From Candidatus Krumholzibacteriia bacterium (GTDB lineage Bacteria; Krumholzibacteriota; Krumholzibacteriia; Krumholzibacteriales; Krumholzibacteriaceae), in contig JAQTVX010000002.1 in NCBI GenBank assembly GCA_028706585.1, positions 1 to 29,427 on the forward strand: a stretch of 29,427 bases of DNA. Direction: 5' to 3'. A program made the translations under genes and the position numbers. The stretch's first letter is position 1. Each line of letters starts with the position of its first letter. The notes beneath the pieces were generated by a model. The model did not search any database. It was not told where the DNA came from and saw only the letters and a list, made by a program, of their open reading frames with translations. This document shows positions 15,308 through 23,860 of the stretch, piece after piece.

Positions 15308-17251
15308 TCAGCCGCCAGTCCGGTTCTCGCCGGGCGGCTCCGCGCCGCCATCGGGATTGTCCTTGTCCGGCGCGATCTCGTCCTCGTATCCAAGGTCGAT
15401 ATCATACTCGCCCTGATCGACAGTTCCATCCGTCTCCGCCTGGCGTGCGCCGGGCCTTTCCGGCTCCGCGACTTCGCGTTTCGGGAATTTATTGATGAAT
15501 GCTTCAACTTCCTCGGCCGCTTTGCCCTCGAAATACGCGCTCACGCTCAAAACGATCCGCTTGTTCTGTGGATCGATCTTGATGACCTTGAGTGGAATCT
15601 CCATGCCGATGTCGAAGTGATCGGACGGCTTCCGAAGATTCTCGATTCCGAGGTGGGACAGAGGAACGAATCCCTCGACGTCCTCCTTGAGCTCAACCAC
15701 GGCGCCCCGGTCGAGAAGCCTCGTGATCGTTCCCTTGAGCTCCGTGCCGATGTTGAACTCCTTCGCGAGCTCGTTCCAGGGATTCTCCCTGGTTTGCTTC
15801 ATGCCGAGACTGATGCGACGCTTGGAGCTGTCGATTTCGAGAACGACGACTTCGAGCTCGTCACCCTTCCGAACCGCTTCCGACGGATGACGCACGCGCT
15901 TCGCCCACGACATATCGGAGATGTGCACGAGCCCATCGATCCCGTCCTCGATCTCCACGAATGCACCGAAGTTCGTCAGATTTCTGACCTTCCCCTTCAG
16001 GCGGGTGCCCGGCGGATACTTGCTCTCGAGCGCTTTCCATGGATCTGGCTCCAGCTGCTTGAGCCCAAGGGAGATCTTCTCGTGCTCCTTGTCGACGTTG
16101 AGCACTATGGCCTCCACCGTGTCGCCTATCGCAACCACCTTCGACGGATGTTTCACGTGGCGCGTCCATGACATCTCGGAGATGTGAATGAGTCCCTCGA
16201 TGCCCTTCTCGATCTCAACGAATGCACCGTAATCGGTGATCGAAACAACTTTCCCGCGAACCTTCGTCCCGACCGGATAGCGCTGATCGATGCCCTCCCA
16301 CGGGTAGGGCGTGAGCTGCTTGAGCCCGAGAGATATGCGCTCCCGCTCGCGATCGAAGTCGAGGATCTTCACCTTGAGCTTATCCCCGATCGCAACCACT
16401 TCGGACGGGTGGCTGACTCTTCCCCACGTCAGATCCGTGAGATGGAGCAGACCGTCAATGCCTCCGAGATCGACGAATGCGCCGAAATCGGTGATGTTCT
16501 TGACGACTCCTTCACGCTCCTGCCCCACTGCGAGCTCGGCAAGGAGCTTCTTCTTCTTCTCATCGCGCTCTTCCTCGAGCACGACGCGCCTCGATATCAC
16601 AATGTTGCGGCGCCGCTTGTTGAGCTTGATTATCTTGCATTCGAGCTCCTGGCCGATGAGCTCGTCGAGATCCGGCACCTGCCGTAGCGCAATCTGGGAG
16701 CCCGGCAGGAACGCGTCGACGCCCATGAGCTTCACGACGAGACCGCCTTTGATCCGGTGATCTACGCGCGCTTTCGCCGTGAGGCGCTTGTCATAGGCAT
16801 CCTTGATATCGTCCCAGGCCTTAATGAAATCGGCCTTTTCCTTCGAGAGAACGATGAGACCGTCCTGATTCTCCATCTTCTCCAGATACACGTCGAAGAT
16901 GTCGCCTTTCTGAACGTTCGCGACGTTGGAGAATTCGATTCGTGGAATCGAGCCTTCGCTCTTGAATCCCACGTTGACGATTACCTCGTTGTCGGACACT
17001 TCATAGACGGTGCCCTTCACGATATTGCCTTCCTGAAGCTCCGCGGCCTTTCGGTTAATGTCGCTGAGAATGCTGTCCCAGTCGGCGTTCTTCATATCTT
17101 CCCCCGAAAGCTCTTCAGGAGATACCCTCTCGAAAACCTCAAGATATGCCTGATGCTTCAGGTTACCGGCGGCGTCACCACCTTTCTCTTTCGATTCTTC
17201 CCCCGCTCCCGCAGGGCCCTGCTGTGCGTTAAGACGCTTCTCTTCTTGCAT
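15308..17251 (-). CDS. rpsA: 30S ribosomal protein S1 (six S1 domains, extended termini)
   Basis: VNVGFKSEGSIP, AFLPGSQI, VVISRR-like segment, repeated GxVxNITDFGAFV / GLxHISxMSW / ISLGLKQL units, and a strong SD TAAGGAGG. Confidence 0.97.
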   Translation of the reverse strand: MQEEKRLNAQQGPAGAGEESKEKGGDAAGNLKHQAYLEVFERVSPEELSGEDMKNADWDSILSDINRKAAELQEGNIVKGTVYEVSDNEVIVNVGFKSEGSIPRIEFSNVANVQKGDIFDVYLEKMENQDGLIVLSKEKADFIKAWDDIKDAYDKRLTAKARVDHRIKGGLVVKLMGVDAFLPGSQIALRQVPDLDELIGQELECKIIKLNKRRRNIVISRRVVLEEERDEKKKKLLAELAVGQEREGVVKNITDFGAFVDLGGIDGLLHLTDLTWGRVSHPSEVVAIGDKLKVKILDFDRERERISLGLKQLTPYPWEGIDQRYPVGTKVRGKVVSITDYGAFVEIEKGIEGLIHISEMSWTRHVKHPSKVVAIGDTVEAIVLNVDKEHEKISLGLKQLEPDPWKALESKYPPGTRLKGKVRNLTNFGAFVEIEDGIDGLVHISDMSWAKRVRHPSEAVRKGDELEVVVLEIDSSKRRISLGMKQTRENPWNELAKEFNIGTELKGTITRLLDRGAVVELKEDVEGFVPLSHLGIENLRKPSDHFDIGMEIPLKVIKIDPQNKRIVLSVSAYFEGKAAEEVEAFINKFPKREVAEPERPGARQAETDGTVDQGEYDIDLGYEDEIAPDKDNPDGGAEPPGENRTGG

Positions 17252-17290
17252 TAATCGATCTCCTCCTTACAAGTGGAATAGGAACTCTAT

Positions 17291-17319
17291 ATGATAGAGG
17301 CTGATGCGTGCGATTGCAA
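17291..17319 (-). promoter_or_regulatory. sigma70-like promoter for rpsA
   Basis: Minus strand TTGCAA (17319-17314), 17 bp, TATCAT (17296-17291), in the ispH-rpsA gap. Confidence 0.7.
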
Positions 17320-17342
17320 GCTGTTTTTGGATCCGCTGACGC

Positions 17343-18209
17343 TCAGGACGAAAGGCCGTCTGCGACCCCGGCGATCCTCGCAAGAACCGCATCTATGAGC
17401 CAATCCGGGGTCGAAGTTCCCGTCGTCAAACCTATCCTGCGCACCCGTTCGAACCAGGCGGAATCGATCTCATCCGCGGATTCGATGAGATGCGTCGGCA
17501 CATGCGCGTCGATGCATACCTGAAACAGGCTCTTCGTGTTGGAGCTGTTTCTGCCGCCCACAACGATCATGAGATCCACCTTTTTCGCCAGAGCGAGCGT
17601 CGCCGCACGGCGCGCCTCCGTCGCCTGGCAGATGGTATCACGGACGCGAAGGTCCCGCACCCTGCCGGAAAGGACTTTTATCACCTTATCGGCGTCGCCG
17701 CGCGCGAAGGTCGTTTGAATCACGACGCCGGCCTTATCGATCGGGACGACGGAGGCCGCCTCGACTTCGTCCCTCACTATGATAACGCCCTTTCCGGCAT
17801 GCCCCGCGATCCCCTGAACCTCGGGGTGATCCCGATCGCCGATGATGATCACCAGCAGCGATTCCTCGCTGTATTGCTTCACAAAGCTCTGGCTTCGCTG
17901 CACGAACGGGCATGTCGCGTCCAGAATAAGAATGCCGCGGCGCCGGGCTTCCTGAATCAGGTCCGGATGAACGCCGTGGGCGCGAAGAACGAGAGTTCCG
18001 CCCGCCGCGACTTCTTCGAGGGACGCGACGGATCGAACGCCTCTGGCCCGAAGCCGTTCAACTTCCGGAGGATTATGGATAACGTCGCCCAGCGTATAGA
18101 TCGGCTCGCCTACGCTTGCGAGACCCTGCTCTATGAGCCGCATCGCGCGCTTGACGCCGAAGCAGTAACCAGCGTGGGATGAAGTGAGAATCTCAATTTT
18201 CCGTTTCAT
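17343..18209 (-). CDS. ispH: 4-hydroxy-3-methylbut-2-enyl diphosphate reductase IspH
   Basis: The three Fe-S cysteines (AGYCFGVKRA, DATCPFV, DTICQAT) plus IHNP, AHGV, HPEV, VGGRNSSNT and TTGTSTPDW. Confidence 0.96.
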   Translation of the reverse strand: MKRKIEILTSSHAGYCFGVKRAMRLIEQGLASVGEPIYTLGDVIHNPPEVERLRARGVRSVASLEEVAAGGTLVLRAHGVHPDLIQEARRRGILILDATCPFVQRSQSFVKQYSEESLLVIIIGDRDHPEVQGIAGHAGKGVIIVRDEVEAASVVPIDKAGVVIQTTFARGDADKVIKVLSGRVRDLRVRDTICQATEARRAATLALAKKVDLMIVVGGRNSSNTKSLFQVCIDAHVPTHLIESADEIDSAWFERVRRIGLTTGTSTPDWLIDAVLARIAGVADGLSS

Positions 18210-19557
18210 CTTTCAGCATTCCGATCGCGCTGCGCACCATACCAGTGAGAACGCGGTACGCGTCTCTCCTGTCTCCGGCGGCGCAATCCACGCCGACACG
18301 AATTGGAGGACCGATCCGCACGGATAGCCGGCGGCGCCTCGAGAGGCAATGGAGCAGGCGGCTCGTTCCGGATACGTAAACTGGAACGATTGCAACGCCG
18401 CTTTTCAGCGCCGTGAAACCGAGTCCAGGCTTGAGATCTCTCAGCTCTTCCGTCCGCGAGCGGGTTCCTTCGGGGAACATGAGAATGGAGCGGCCCGCAC
18501 CCAGAAGCGCCAGGATGCGTTTCATCGTGCTTCGCTCCATCTCCTCGCGGTCGACCGGAATCGCGTGGTAAATCCTTATGAGCGAGGCAAATGCCCGGTT
18601 TCGGAAAAGCTCCTTCTTCGCAAGGAACCATACCTCACGGTCCAAGGCGCAACCCACGACCAGCGGGTCCGAGTACGAGCAGTGGTTGCTCGCGAAGATG
18701 TAGTTCTCGCGGCATCGCAAATGCTCCGAACCGAATACCCGCAGGCCGAAAACGACTCTAAAGAATGCTCTCACGAGCCAACGCGATATTCCATAGTAAC
18801 CGCTCATCGCCGCGAAGGGATTGCGCTCTCCCTTCGATACGGCGAGCGATTCCATTCTCCCCACCTCCCGAATCACTTCCGCCTCGATCAGATCGACCTG
18901 AGCTTCTATCGTAAGATGCGACGTATCGACGACAAGCGCGCCAGCGGGCTTGAGGAGCGGGCTCTCGATCCGGCTCGAATCCATCTCATCGCGCGAACGA
19001 ATGTTCTCCCTTATCTCCGAAGCGTCCTGCTCGATCCCCATGCTCCTGAGCTGTTCCCGACGCCGACTCACGCGCGCTTCCATATCGGCCACGAGAAAGA
19101 CCCTCACGTTGGCTTGCGGGAATACGACCGTCCCGGTGTCCCTTCCCTCCGCAACTATCCCGCCCCTTTCTCCGATTCGCCGCTGGAGCCGAACCATTTC
19201 TTTTCGCACGCCTTCATACCTGCTCACCGGGGATACGAACCGCGAGACCCCGGGCGTTCGGATTTCGGCGTCGACGTTTCTTCCGTCGATAAACAGGGAG
19301 GGCTTGCCGTTGACCGTTCGCATCTCGAGGTTCAGGCTAGAGGCCACGGCTGAAACAGCCTCTTCATTCTCCGGATCGATATTGCGCTCCAGAACCGCAA
19401 GGGCGACTGCCCTGTACATGGCCCCGGTATCGAGGTACGTCAGGCCCAATTTCGCGGAAAGACGCTCGGCGGTCGTGCTCTTGCCCGATCCAGCAGGTCC
19501 GTCGATCGTGAGGATGAATCCCCCCAAGATCGCCCTTGCGCTCTCTGATAGATTCAT
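18193..19557 (-). CDS. cmk: Fused cytidylate kinase / 1-acyl-sn-glycerol-3-phosphate acyltransferase (Cmk-PlsC)
   Basis: N-half: IDGPAGSGKSTTA, YLDTGAMYRAVA, EGRDTGTVVFP. C-half: NHCSYSDP (NHX4D), FLAKKELF, FPEGTRS, PIVPV-like VAIVPV. There is no in-frame stop between the halves. The start is probably ATG 19557 rather than 19590. Confidence 0.88.
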   Translation of the reverse strand: MNLSESARAILGGFILTIDGPAGSGKSTTAERLSAKLGLTYLDTGAMYRAVALAVLERNIDPENEEAVSAVASSLNLEMRTVNGKPSLFIDGRNVDAEIRTPGVSRFVSPVSRYEGVRKEMVRLQRRIGERGGIVAEGRDTGTVVFPQANVRVFLVADMEARVSRRREQLRSMGIEQDASEIRENIRSRDEMDSSRIESPLLKPAGALVVDTSHLTIEAQVDLIEAEVIREVGRMESLAVSKGERNPFAAMSGYYGISRWLVRAFFRVVFGLRVFGSEHLRCRENYIFASNHCSYSDPLVVGCALDREVWFLAKKELFRNRAFASLIRIYHAIPVDREEMERSTMKRILALLGAGRSILMFPEGTRSRTEELRDLKPGLGFTALKSGVAIVPVYVSGTSRLLHCLSRRRRLSVRIGPPIRVGVDCAAGDRRDAYRVLTGMVRSAIGMLKDETEN

Positions 19558-19596
19558 GGGGTAGCCCCGCAATGCCACAAAATGGCGCAAGGAGCG

Positions 19597-20694
19597 CTAC
19601 ACAAGCTCCTTGAGAGTCTCGATGAACTTCCTGTTTTCATAAGGAGTGCCGACCGTCACCCGGAAGCTGTCTTCACCGAGGCCGAACGGCTTCATCGGGC
19701 GTACTATGATCCCCTTCTGCATGAGCTGTTCGATGATCGCGCTGTTCCCAGGGGGTGGTACGGCGAGAAGAAAATTCGTCTGTGATGGCGGGACGACGAA
19801 TCCGAGCTTCTGCAGCTCCACTCGTACGAAATCAAGCTCGTCCCTGTTTTCCTTCACCCTCACGCGGATCTTGTCCATGTGCTTGAGCGCCGCCCTCGCC
19901 GCGGCCTGCGCGATGCTGTTTACGTTGAACGGTTGCCGAACCTTGTTCAGGCAAGTGACAACGTCCTCGTGCGACAGCGAGTAACCGATCCTCACGCCGG
20001 CGAGGGAATGAATCTTCGAGAACGTGCGCAGCACGATGACATTGGGGTGTTTGCTGAGCAGGTCTGGCGTATCGGGGAAATCCGCCGCCGCGACGTATTC
20101 ATAATAGGCCTCGTCGAATGCAACGAGAACCTCCTTCGGAAGATCCTCGACGAGAAGGTCCACTTCGCTTTTCGACACGTACGTCGAGGTTGGATTGTTC
20201 GGATTGCATATGATTACGAGCTTCGTCTCGCGCGTTACAGCCGCGCGCATCGACGGCAAATCGAGACGATAATCCTTAAGCGGCACTTGGACCGACTTCA
20301 CGCCGGCCAGCTGGCTCACTATCGGATAAACCTGGAAGCTGGGCCAAGCATATACGATCTCGTCGCTTCCGCCCACGAATGCCCTAACCAGCAGATCGAG
20401 TATTTCGTTCGATCCATTGCCGATGAATATCTGATTCGGGTTCACGCCGTGGTGTTTTGCAAGCTCGATACAGAGGTTGTAGCATCCGGAATCTGGATAG
20501 CGATTGATCTCGGAGAGCTCCTCGATAATCGCCTGGCGGGCCTCTTCGATCGGTTCGTACGGATTTTCATTCGATGCAAGCTTGATTATCTCGCCTTGAA
20601 TGTTGCGCTCGCGGCGCAGCTCTTCGATCGGTTTGCCCGGCACGTAAGGCTTCACGTTCTTCAGATGAGGCTGCATCAAGTCAACTATGGACAT
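19597..20694 (-). CDS. hisC: Histidinol-phosphate (class II PLP) aminotransferase
   Basis: YVPGKP, IKLASNENP, RYPD, GNGSNEIL, CNPNNPT, DEAYYEY and RTFSKIHSLAGVRIGY (PLP lysine). Confidence 0.9.
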   Translation of the reverse strand: MSIVDLMQPHLKNVKPYVPGKPIEELRRERNIQGEIIKLASNENPYEPIEEARQAIIEELSEINRYPDSGCYNLCIELAKHHGVNPNQIFIGNGSNEILDLLVRAFVGGSDEIVYAWPSFQVYPIVSQLAGVKSVQVPLKDYRLDLPSMRAAVTRETKLVIICNPNNPTSTYVSKSEVDLLVEDLPKEVLVAFDEAYYEYVAAADFPDTPDLLSKHPNVIVLRTFSKIHSLAGVRIGYSLSHEDVVTCLNKVRQPFNVNSIAQAAARAALKHMDKIRVRVKENRDELDFVRVELQKLGFVVPPSQTNFLLAVPPPGNSAIIEQLMQKGIIVRPMKPFGLGEDSFRVTVGTPYENRKFIETLKELV

Positions 20695-21452
20695 GTCTGT
20701 TGATCCTCCCCTTGTCGTATCAACCCTGCGAGCTCGCGCAGCCTCCGCTCCTCAAACTCGGTGAGGGGCCGAATGGCTCCCGGCGCAACATCCTCGAAAG
20801 CAAGGTCGCCGAGCGCAACGCGAGCCAGCGCCAGGGTTTTGTGCCCGAACATCGCGAACATCCCTCTGATCTGGCGTTTCCTTCCCTCCATCAAACGAAT
20901 CTGAAGGGTCGTCGTTCCTCGTCCCCGCTCAAGAATCCTCGCCGAGCATGGCCTCGTCAAATACCCTGCCAGCTCGACGCCGCTCGAAATTCTCGCCGCC
21001 GTTTCGTCGGCCACGTTGCCTTCAACCTTCAGTGCATAGGTCTTCTCGATCTTGAAACGCGGGTGCGTAAGACGATACGCGAGATCGCCGTCGTTCGTCA
21101 GAATCAGAATGCCCGAAGTATCGTAATCCAGCCTTCCCACGGGAAAAATGCGCTCCGTGATCCCGTTTTCTCTGGCGACGTCGATTACCGTTCTCCGGTT
21201 GAAGGAATCGCTCGCCGTGCTCAAGACGCCGATCGGCTTATTCAGAACGAACACCCTCGTTGCGGCGCCGCGCTCGACTGGGCGCCCGTTCACGGCTACA
21301 GAGTCTGCGTCCGGATCGACGGTCGCCGCCAGTTTAGTGAGCACGTTCCCGTTGACCGCGACGAGCCCTTGCCTGATCAGATCCTCACATTTCCTCCGCG
21401 ATCCGAAGCCGGCGGAAGCGAGATATCGATTGATCCTGACTTTCGCGCTCAT
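20685..21452 (-). CDS. rluB: 23S rRNA pseudouridine synthase, RluB/RsuA family, with S4 domain
   Basis: S4-like start (RINRYLASAGFGSRRKCEDLI.QG.V.VNG), LNKPIG, catalytic PVGRLDYDTSG, LTNDG.L...LTHP, EGRKRQIR. It follows scpAB as rluB usually does. Confidence 0.85.
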   Translation of the reverse strand: MSAKVRINRYLASAGFGSRRKCEDLIRQGLVAVNGNVLTKLAATVDPDADSVAVNGRPVERGAATRVFVLNKPIGVLSTASDSFNRRTVIDVARENGITERIFPVGRLDYDTSGILILTNDGDLAYRLTHPRFKIEKTYALKVEGNVADETAARISSGVELAGYLTRPCSARILERGRGTTTLQIRLMEGRKRQIRGMFAMFGHKTLALARVALGDLAFEDVAPGAIRPLTEFEERRLRELAGLIRQGEDQQTCP

Positions 21453-22087
21453 TGCCCATTCGTCTGCGGCGTGTTGTTCTCTCCTTGAGCGGAACCGGGC
21501 GGCGGAACGAGCGGCTTCTCGACCGCGGTATCCATTGCGAATTTGCGCTCCAGATCCTCTATGCTCGGCAGATCCCTGAAATCCTTGAGGCCGAGATACT
21601 CCAGGAATTTCTTCGTCGTTGAATAAAAAAACGGCTTTCCGATGCCTTCGCCCCTGCCGCTGATCGATATAAGCTCGCGTTCGATCAGCGTCGCGAGAAC
21701 ACCTTCACAGTTGACACCTCGAATCGCCTCGATCTGCATGCGTCCTATCGGCTGCTTGTATGCGATAATGGCTAGCGTCTCGAGCGCGGGCTGAGTGAGC
21801 TTCGCCTTCTTTCTTCCCTTGAAAAGGCGGGAGATCGTCCCGGAGAATTCCGGAAGCGTCGCGAGCTGGTACCCTCCCGCCACCTCGACGATCGTATAGC
21901 TCCTTGCCGATTCCGTGTAAAACGCCGAGAGAGCGCCTATGGCGGAAAGGACCTGCCGGTTTGATGCGGCGTCGACGAGAGAGGCGAGCTTCGCTGCGGA
22001 GAGAGGCGTATCGGAAGCGAACAGAAGCGCTTCAATGTCGCGCTCCAGCGATTTGCTATCGTTTTCAAAGCAGGTATCTTCATCCAT
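21449..22087 (-). CDS. scpB: Segregation and condensation protein B
   Basis: IEALLFAS, EVAGGYQLAT, LTQPALETLAIIAYKQPI, IEAIRGVN and TTKKFLEYLGL. The start is probably ATG 22087 after GAAGGA, overlapping the scpA stop. Confidence 0.95.
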   Translation of the reverse strand: MDEDTCFENDSKSLERDIEALLFASDTPLSAAKLASLVDAASNRQVLSAIGALSAFYTESARSYTIVEVAGGYQLATLPEFSGTISRLFKGRKKAKLTQPALETLAIIAYKQPIGRMQIEAIRGVNCEGVLATLIERELISISGRGEGIGKPFFYSTTKKFLEYLGLKDFRDLPSIEDLERKFAMDTAVEKPLVPPPGSAQGENNTPQTNGQ

Positions 22088-22823
22088 TCGCTGATCCTTC
22101 CGCATCAATATATGAACCCACTCCAGGCTTGTAAAGCCAGATGTCCGCGGCGTGGCCCATCTGCCGGGCGACAAGCTCGCCGAGCTTGATCATCTCGAGC
22201 ATGGCGAGAAACGTGACTATGATCTCAATCTTGGTGAACTCGCCTGCGAAAAGTTCCGTGAAAAGAACCTCTGATCTTTCCAGGAGCTTTGCGCTGATCA
22301 TCTCGATCTTCTGTTCGACGGTCACGGAATCGGGGATCACCCGATAGATCGTCTGCTGCTTGATATTCTTCAAGATCCCTTGGAGTGCCTCGAGAAGATC
22401 GAAGAGTGTGACATCGGCGGGCTCATTCGACACATCCTCTTCTTCGATCCGGGCGGCGGGCCTCGGAAAGACCCTTCTGCGATCCTCCTCTTTCGTAGCG
22501 AAGCAGCTCGCAGCTTCCTTGAATTTCCGGTACTCGAGAAGGTTTTTGATAAGCTCATCCCGAGGATCTGCCTCTTCTTCATCCAAACCCTCATGCCTGG
22601 GCAGAAGCATCTGCGATTTGATACGCATGAGGGTGGCAGCCATAACGAAGAACTCCCCCGCCACCTCGAGCTCGAGCTCCTGCATGATTTCGATGTACGC
22701 GAGGTATTCACGGGTAATATGGGAAATCGGTATGTCGTAGATATTGATTTTGTCACGCCGAATGAGGTGAAGAAGAAGATCCAGGGGCCCCTCGAATTGC
22801 ACTAGACGAATCTGGTATGTCAT
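22080..22823 (-). CDS. scpA: Segregation and condensation protein A (kleisin)
   Basis: FEGPLDLLLHLI...I.IYDIPI..IT.EYL, AGEFFVMAATLMRIKSQMLLP, DPR.EL...L.EY.KFK and IVTFLAMLEMIK. The start is probably ATG 22823 after GGAGG. Confidence 0.95.
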   Translation of the reverse strand: MTYQIRLVQFEGPLDLLLHLIRRDKINIYDIPISHITREYLAYIEIMQELELEVAGEFFVMAATLMRIKSQMLLPRHEGLDEEEADPRDELIKNLLEYRKFKEAASCFATKEEDRRRVFPRPAARIEEEDVSNEPADVTLFDLLEALQGILKNIKQQTIYRVIPDSVTVEQKIEMISAKLLERSEVLFTELFAGEFTKIEIIVTFLAMLEMIKLGELVARQMGHAADIWLYKPGVGSYIDAEGSANG

Positions 22824-22898
22824 CGAAGGGCCTCCCTGCCCCAACGAGCCGTAACTGGCGAAACGAACGCCGTATGGGTGATTGTTCTCAAGCGCACG

Positions 22899-22927
22899 AT
22901 GCTATTGTATGAGTGGCTCCCTGTCAA
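22899..22927 (-). promoter_or_regulatory. sigma70-like internal promoter for scpA-scpB-rluB
   Basis: Minus strand TTGACA (22927-22922), 17 bp, TAGCAT (22904-22899), in the xerD-scpA gap. Confidence 0.65.
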
Positions 22928-22936
22928 TCCTTTCCT

Positions 22937-23860
22937 TCAACCGCGGGGATGAAACGTGCGGTGCACCTCCAAGAGATAATCCATGTCGAGCTTCGTGTAG
23001 ATTTGCGTCGTTGCGATGCTCGAATGGCCGAGGAGCTCCTGCACCACCCTGAGGTCGGCTCCACCCTCGAGAAGATGCGTCGCGAAGGAATGCCGGAGCG
23101 TGTGAGGACTGATCCCGTTCGGGAGTCCTGCGAGGGAGGCATATCTTCTTATGAGCTTCCAGAAGCTCACGCGCGAGAGCGGTGTGCCAGCATAATTGAG
23201 GAACACGGAGGATGAGATTCGTTTCCCGAGGAGCTGCGGCCGAGACAATTCGAGGTACCGCCCCAGCATCCGTGCGGCGCTTCGCCCATAAGGAACGATT
23301 CGCTCCTTGGACCCCTTTCCCCGCATGCGTATGAACCGCCTGTCCGAATCGATATTCTCCAGCTTGAGCGAACAGAGCTCCGACGCCCTGAGCCCCGTCG
23401 AATAATCGAGCTCCAGGATCGCCCGGTCTCGAACGCCGAGCACGGTGCCGTCCGGCGACTCGATGAGCCTCTCAACCTCGACCTGCGTCAACACGAAGGG
23501 GATCTTCCTGAGCACCTTGGGCGCTGAAAGGGCTTCTATCTCGAGACCGCCAAGAATCCCTGCGCCATATAGAAAGCGGTGGAAGCTCTTGATCGCGCTC
23601 AAGGTTCGTGCCCGCGAGGAGGGGCTCTTGTTACTTTCCGACCAGGCAAGAAAGCCGAACGTGGATTCCATGGTCATATCGCTCGGCGAATCTTTGCCTG
23701 TATGCCGCAAGTAAGCAAGATATTCCTTTAAGTCGGCCTCGTATGCTCTTATTGTGAGTAGGCTTAGACCCTTTTCTACACGCAGGTGATCGAAGAATCG
23801 GCTTGCGACCTCGTCCAGCTCTTTCCCTTGCCGGTTCTTATTCCTTGTGGAGACTCTCAT
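22937..23860 (-). CDS. xerD: Site-specific tyrosine recombinase XerD
   Basis: EKGLS..TI.AY..DL, RDRAILEL.YSTGLRASEL, GKGSKERIVP and HTLRHSFATHLLEGGADLRVVQELLGHSSIATTQIY, with all R-K-H-R-H-Y catalytic residues present. The start is uncertain; ATG 23860 was chosen and overlaps the end of uvrC. Confidence 0.88.
   Translation of the reverse strand: MRVSTRNKNRQGKELDEVASRFFDHLRVEKGLSLLTIRAYEADLKEYLAYLRHTGKDSPSDMTMESTFGFLAWSESNKSPSSRARTLSAIKSFHRFLYGAGILGGLEIEALSAPKVLRKIPFVLTQVEVERLIESPDGTVLGVRDRAILELDYSTGLRASELCSLKLENIDSDRRFIRMRGKGSKERIVPYGRSAARMLGRYLELSRPQLLGKRISSSVFLNYAGTPLSRVSFWKLIRRYASLAGLPNGISPHTLRHSFATHLLEGGADLRVVQELLGHSSIATTQIYTKLDMDYLLEVHRTFHPRG

Noticed and set aside
15900-16520. Repeated DNA segments inside rpsA (e.g. 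GCTGCTTGAGCCC twice)
   Set aside because: They are explained by the internal S1-domain repeats of the protein, not by a CRISPR array or mobile repeat.
22904-22927. TTGACA...TACAAT pairing upstream of scpA
   Set aside because: The spacer is only 12 bp. TAGCAT at 17 bp is the geometrically valid -10.
22937-23860. Tyrosine recombinase as evidence of a prophage or integrative element
   Set aside because: Motifs and position next to scpAB fit chromosomal XerD. There are no att-like repeats, cargo or phage genes nearby.
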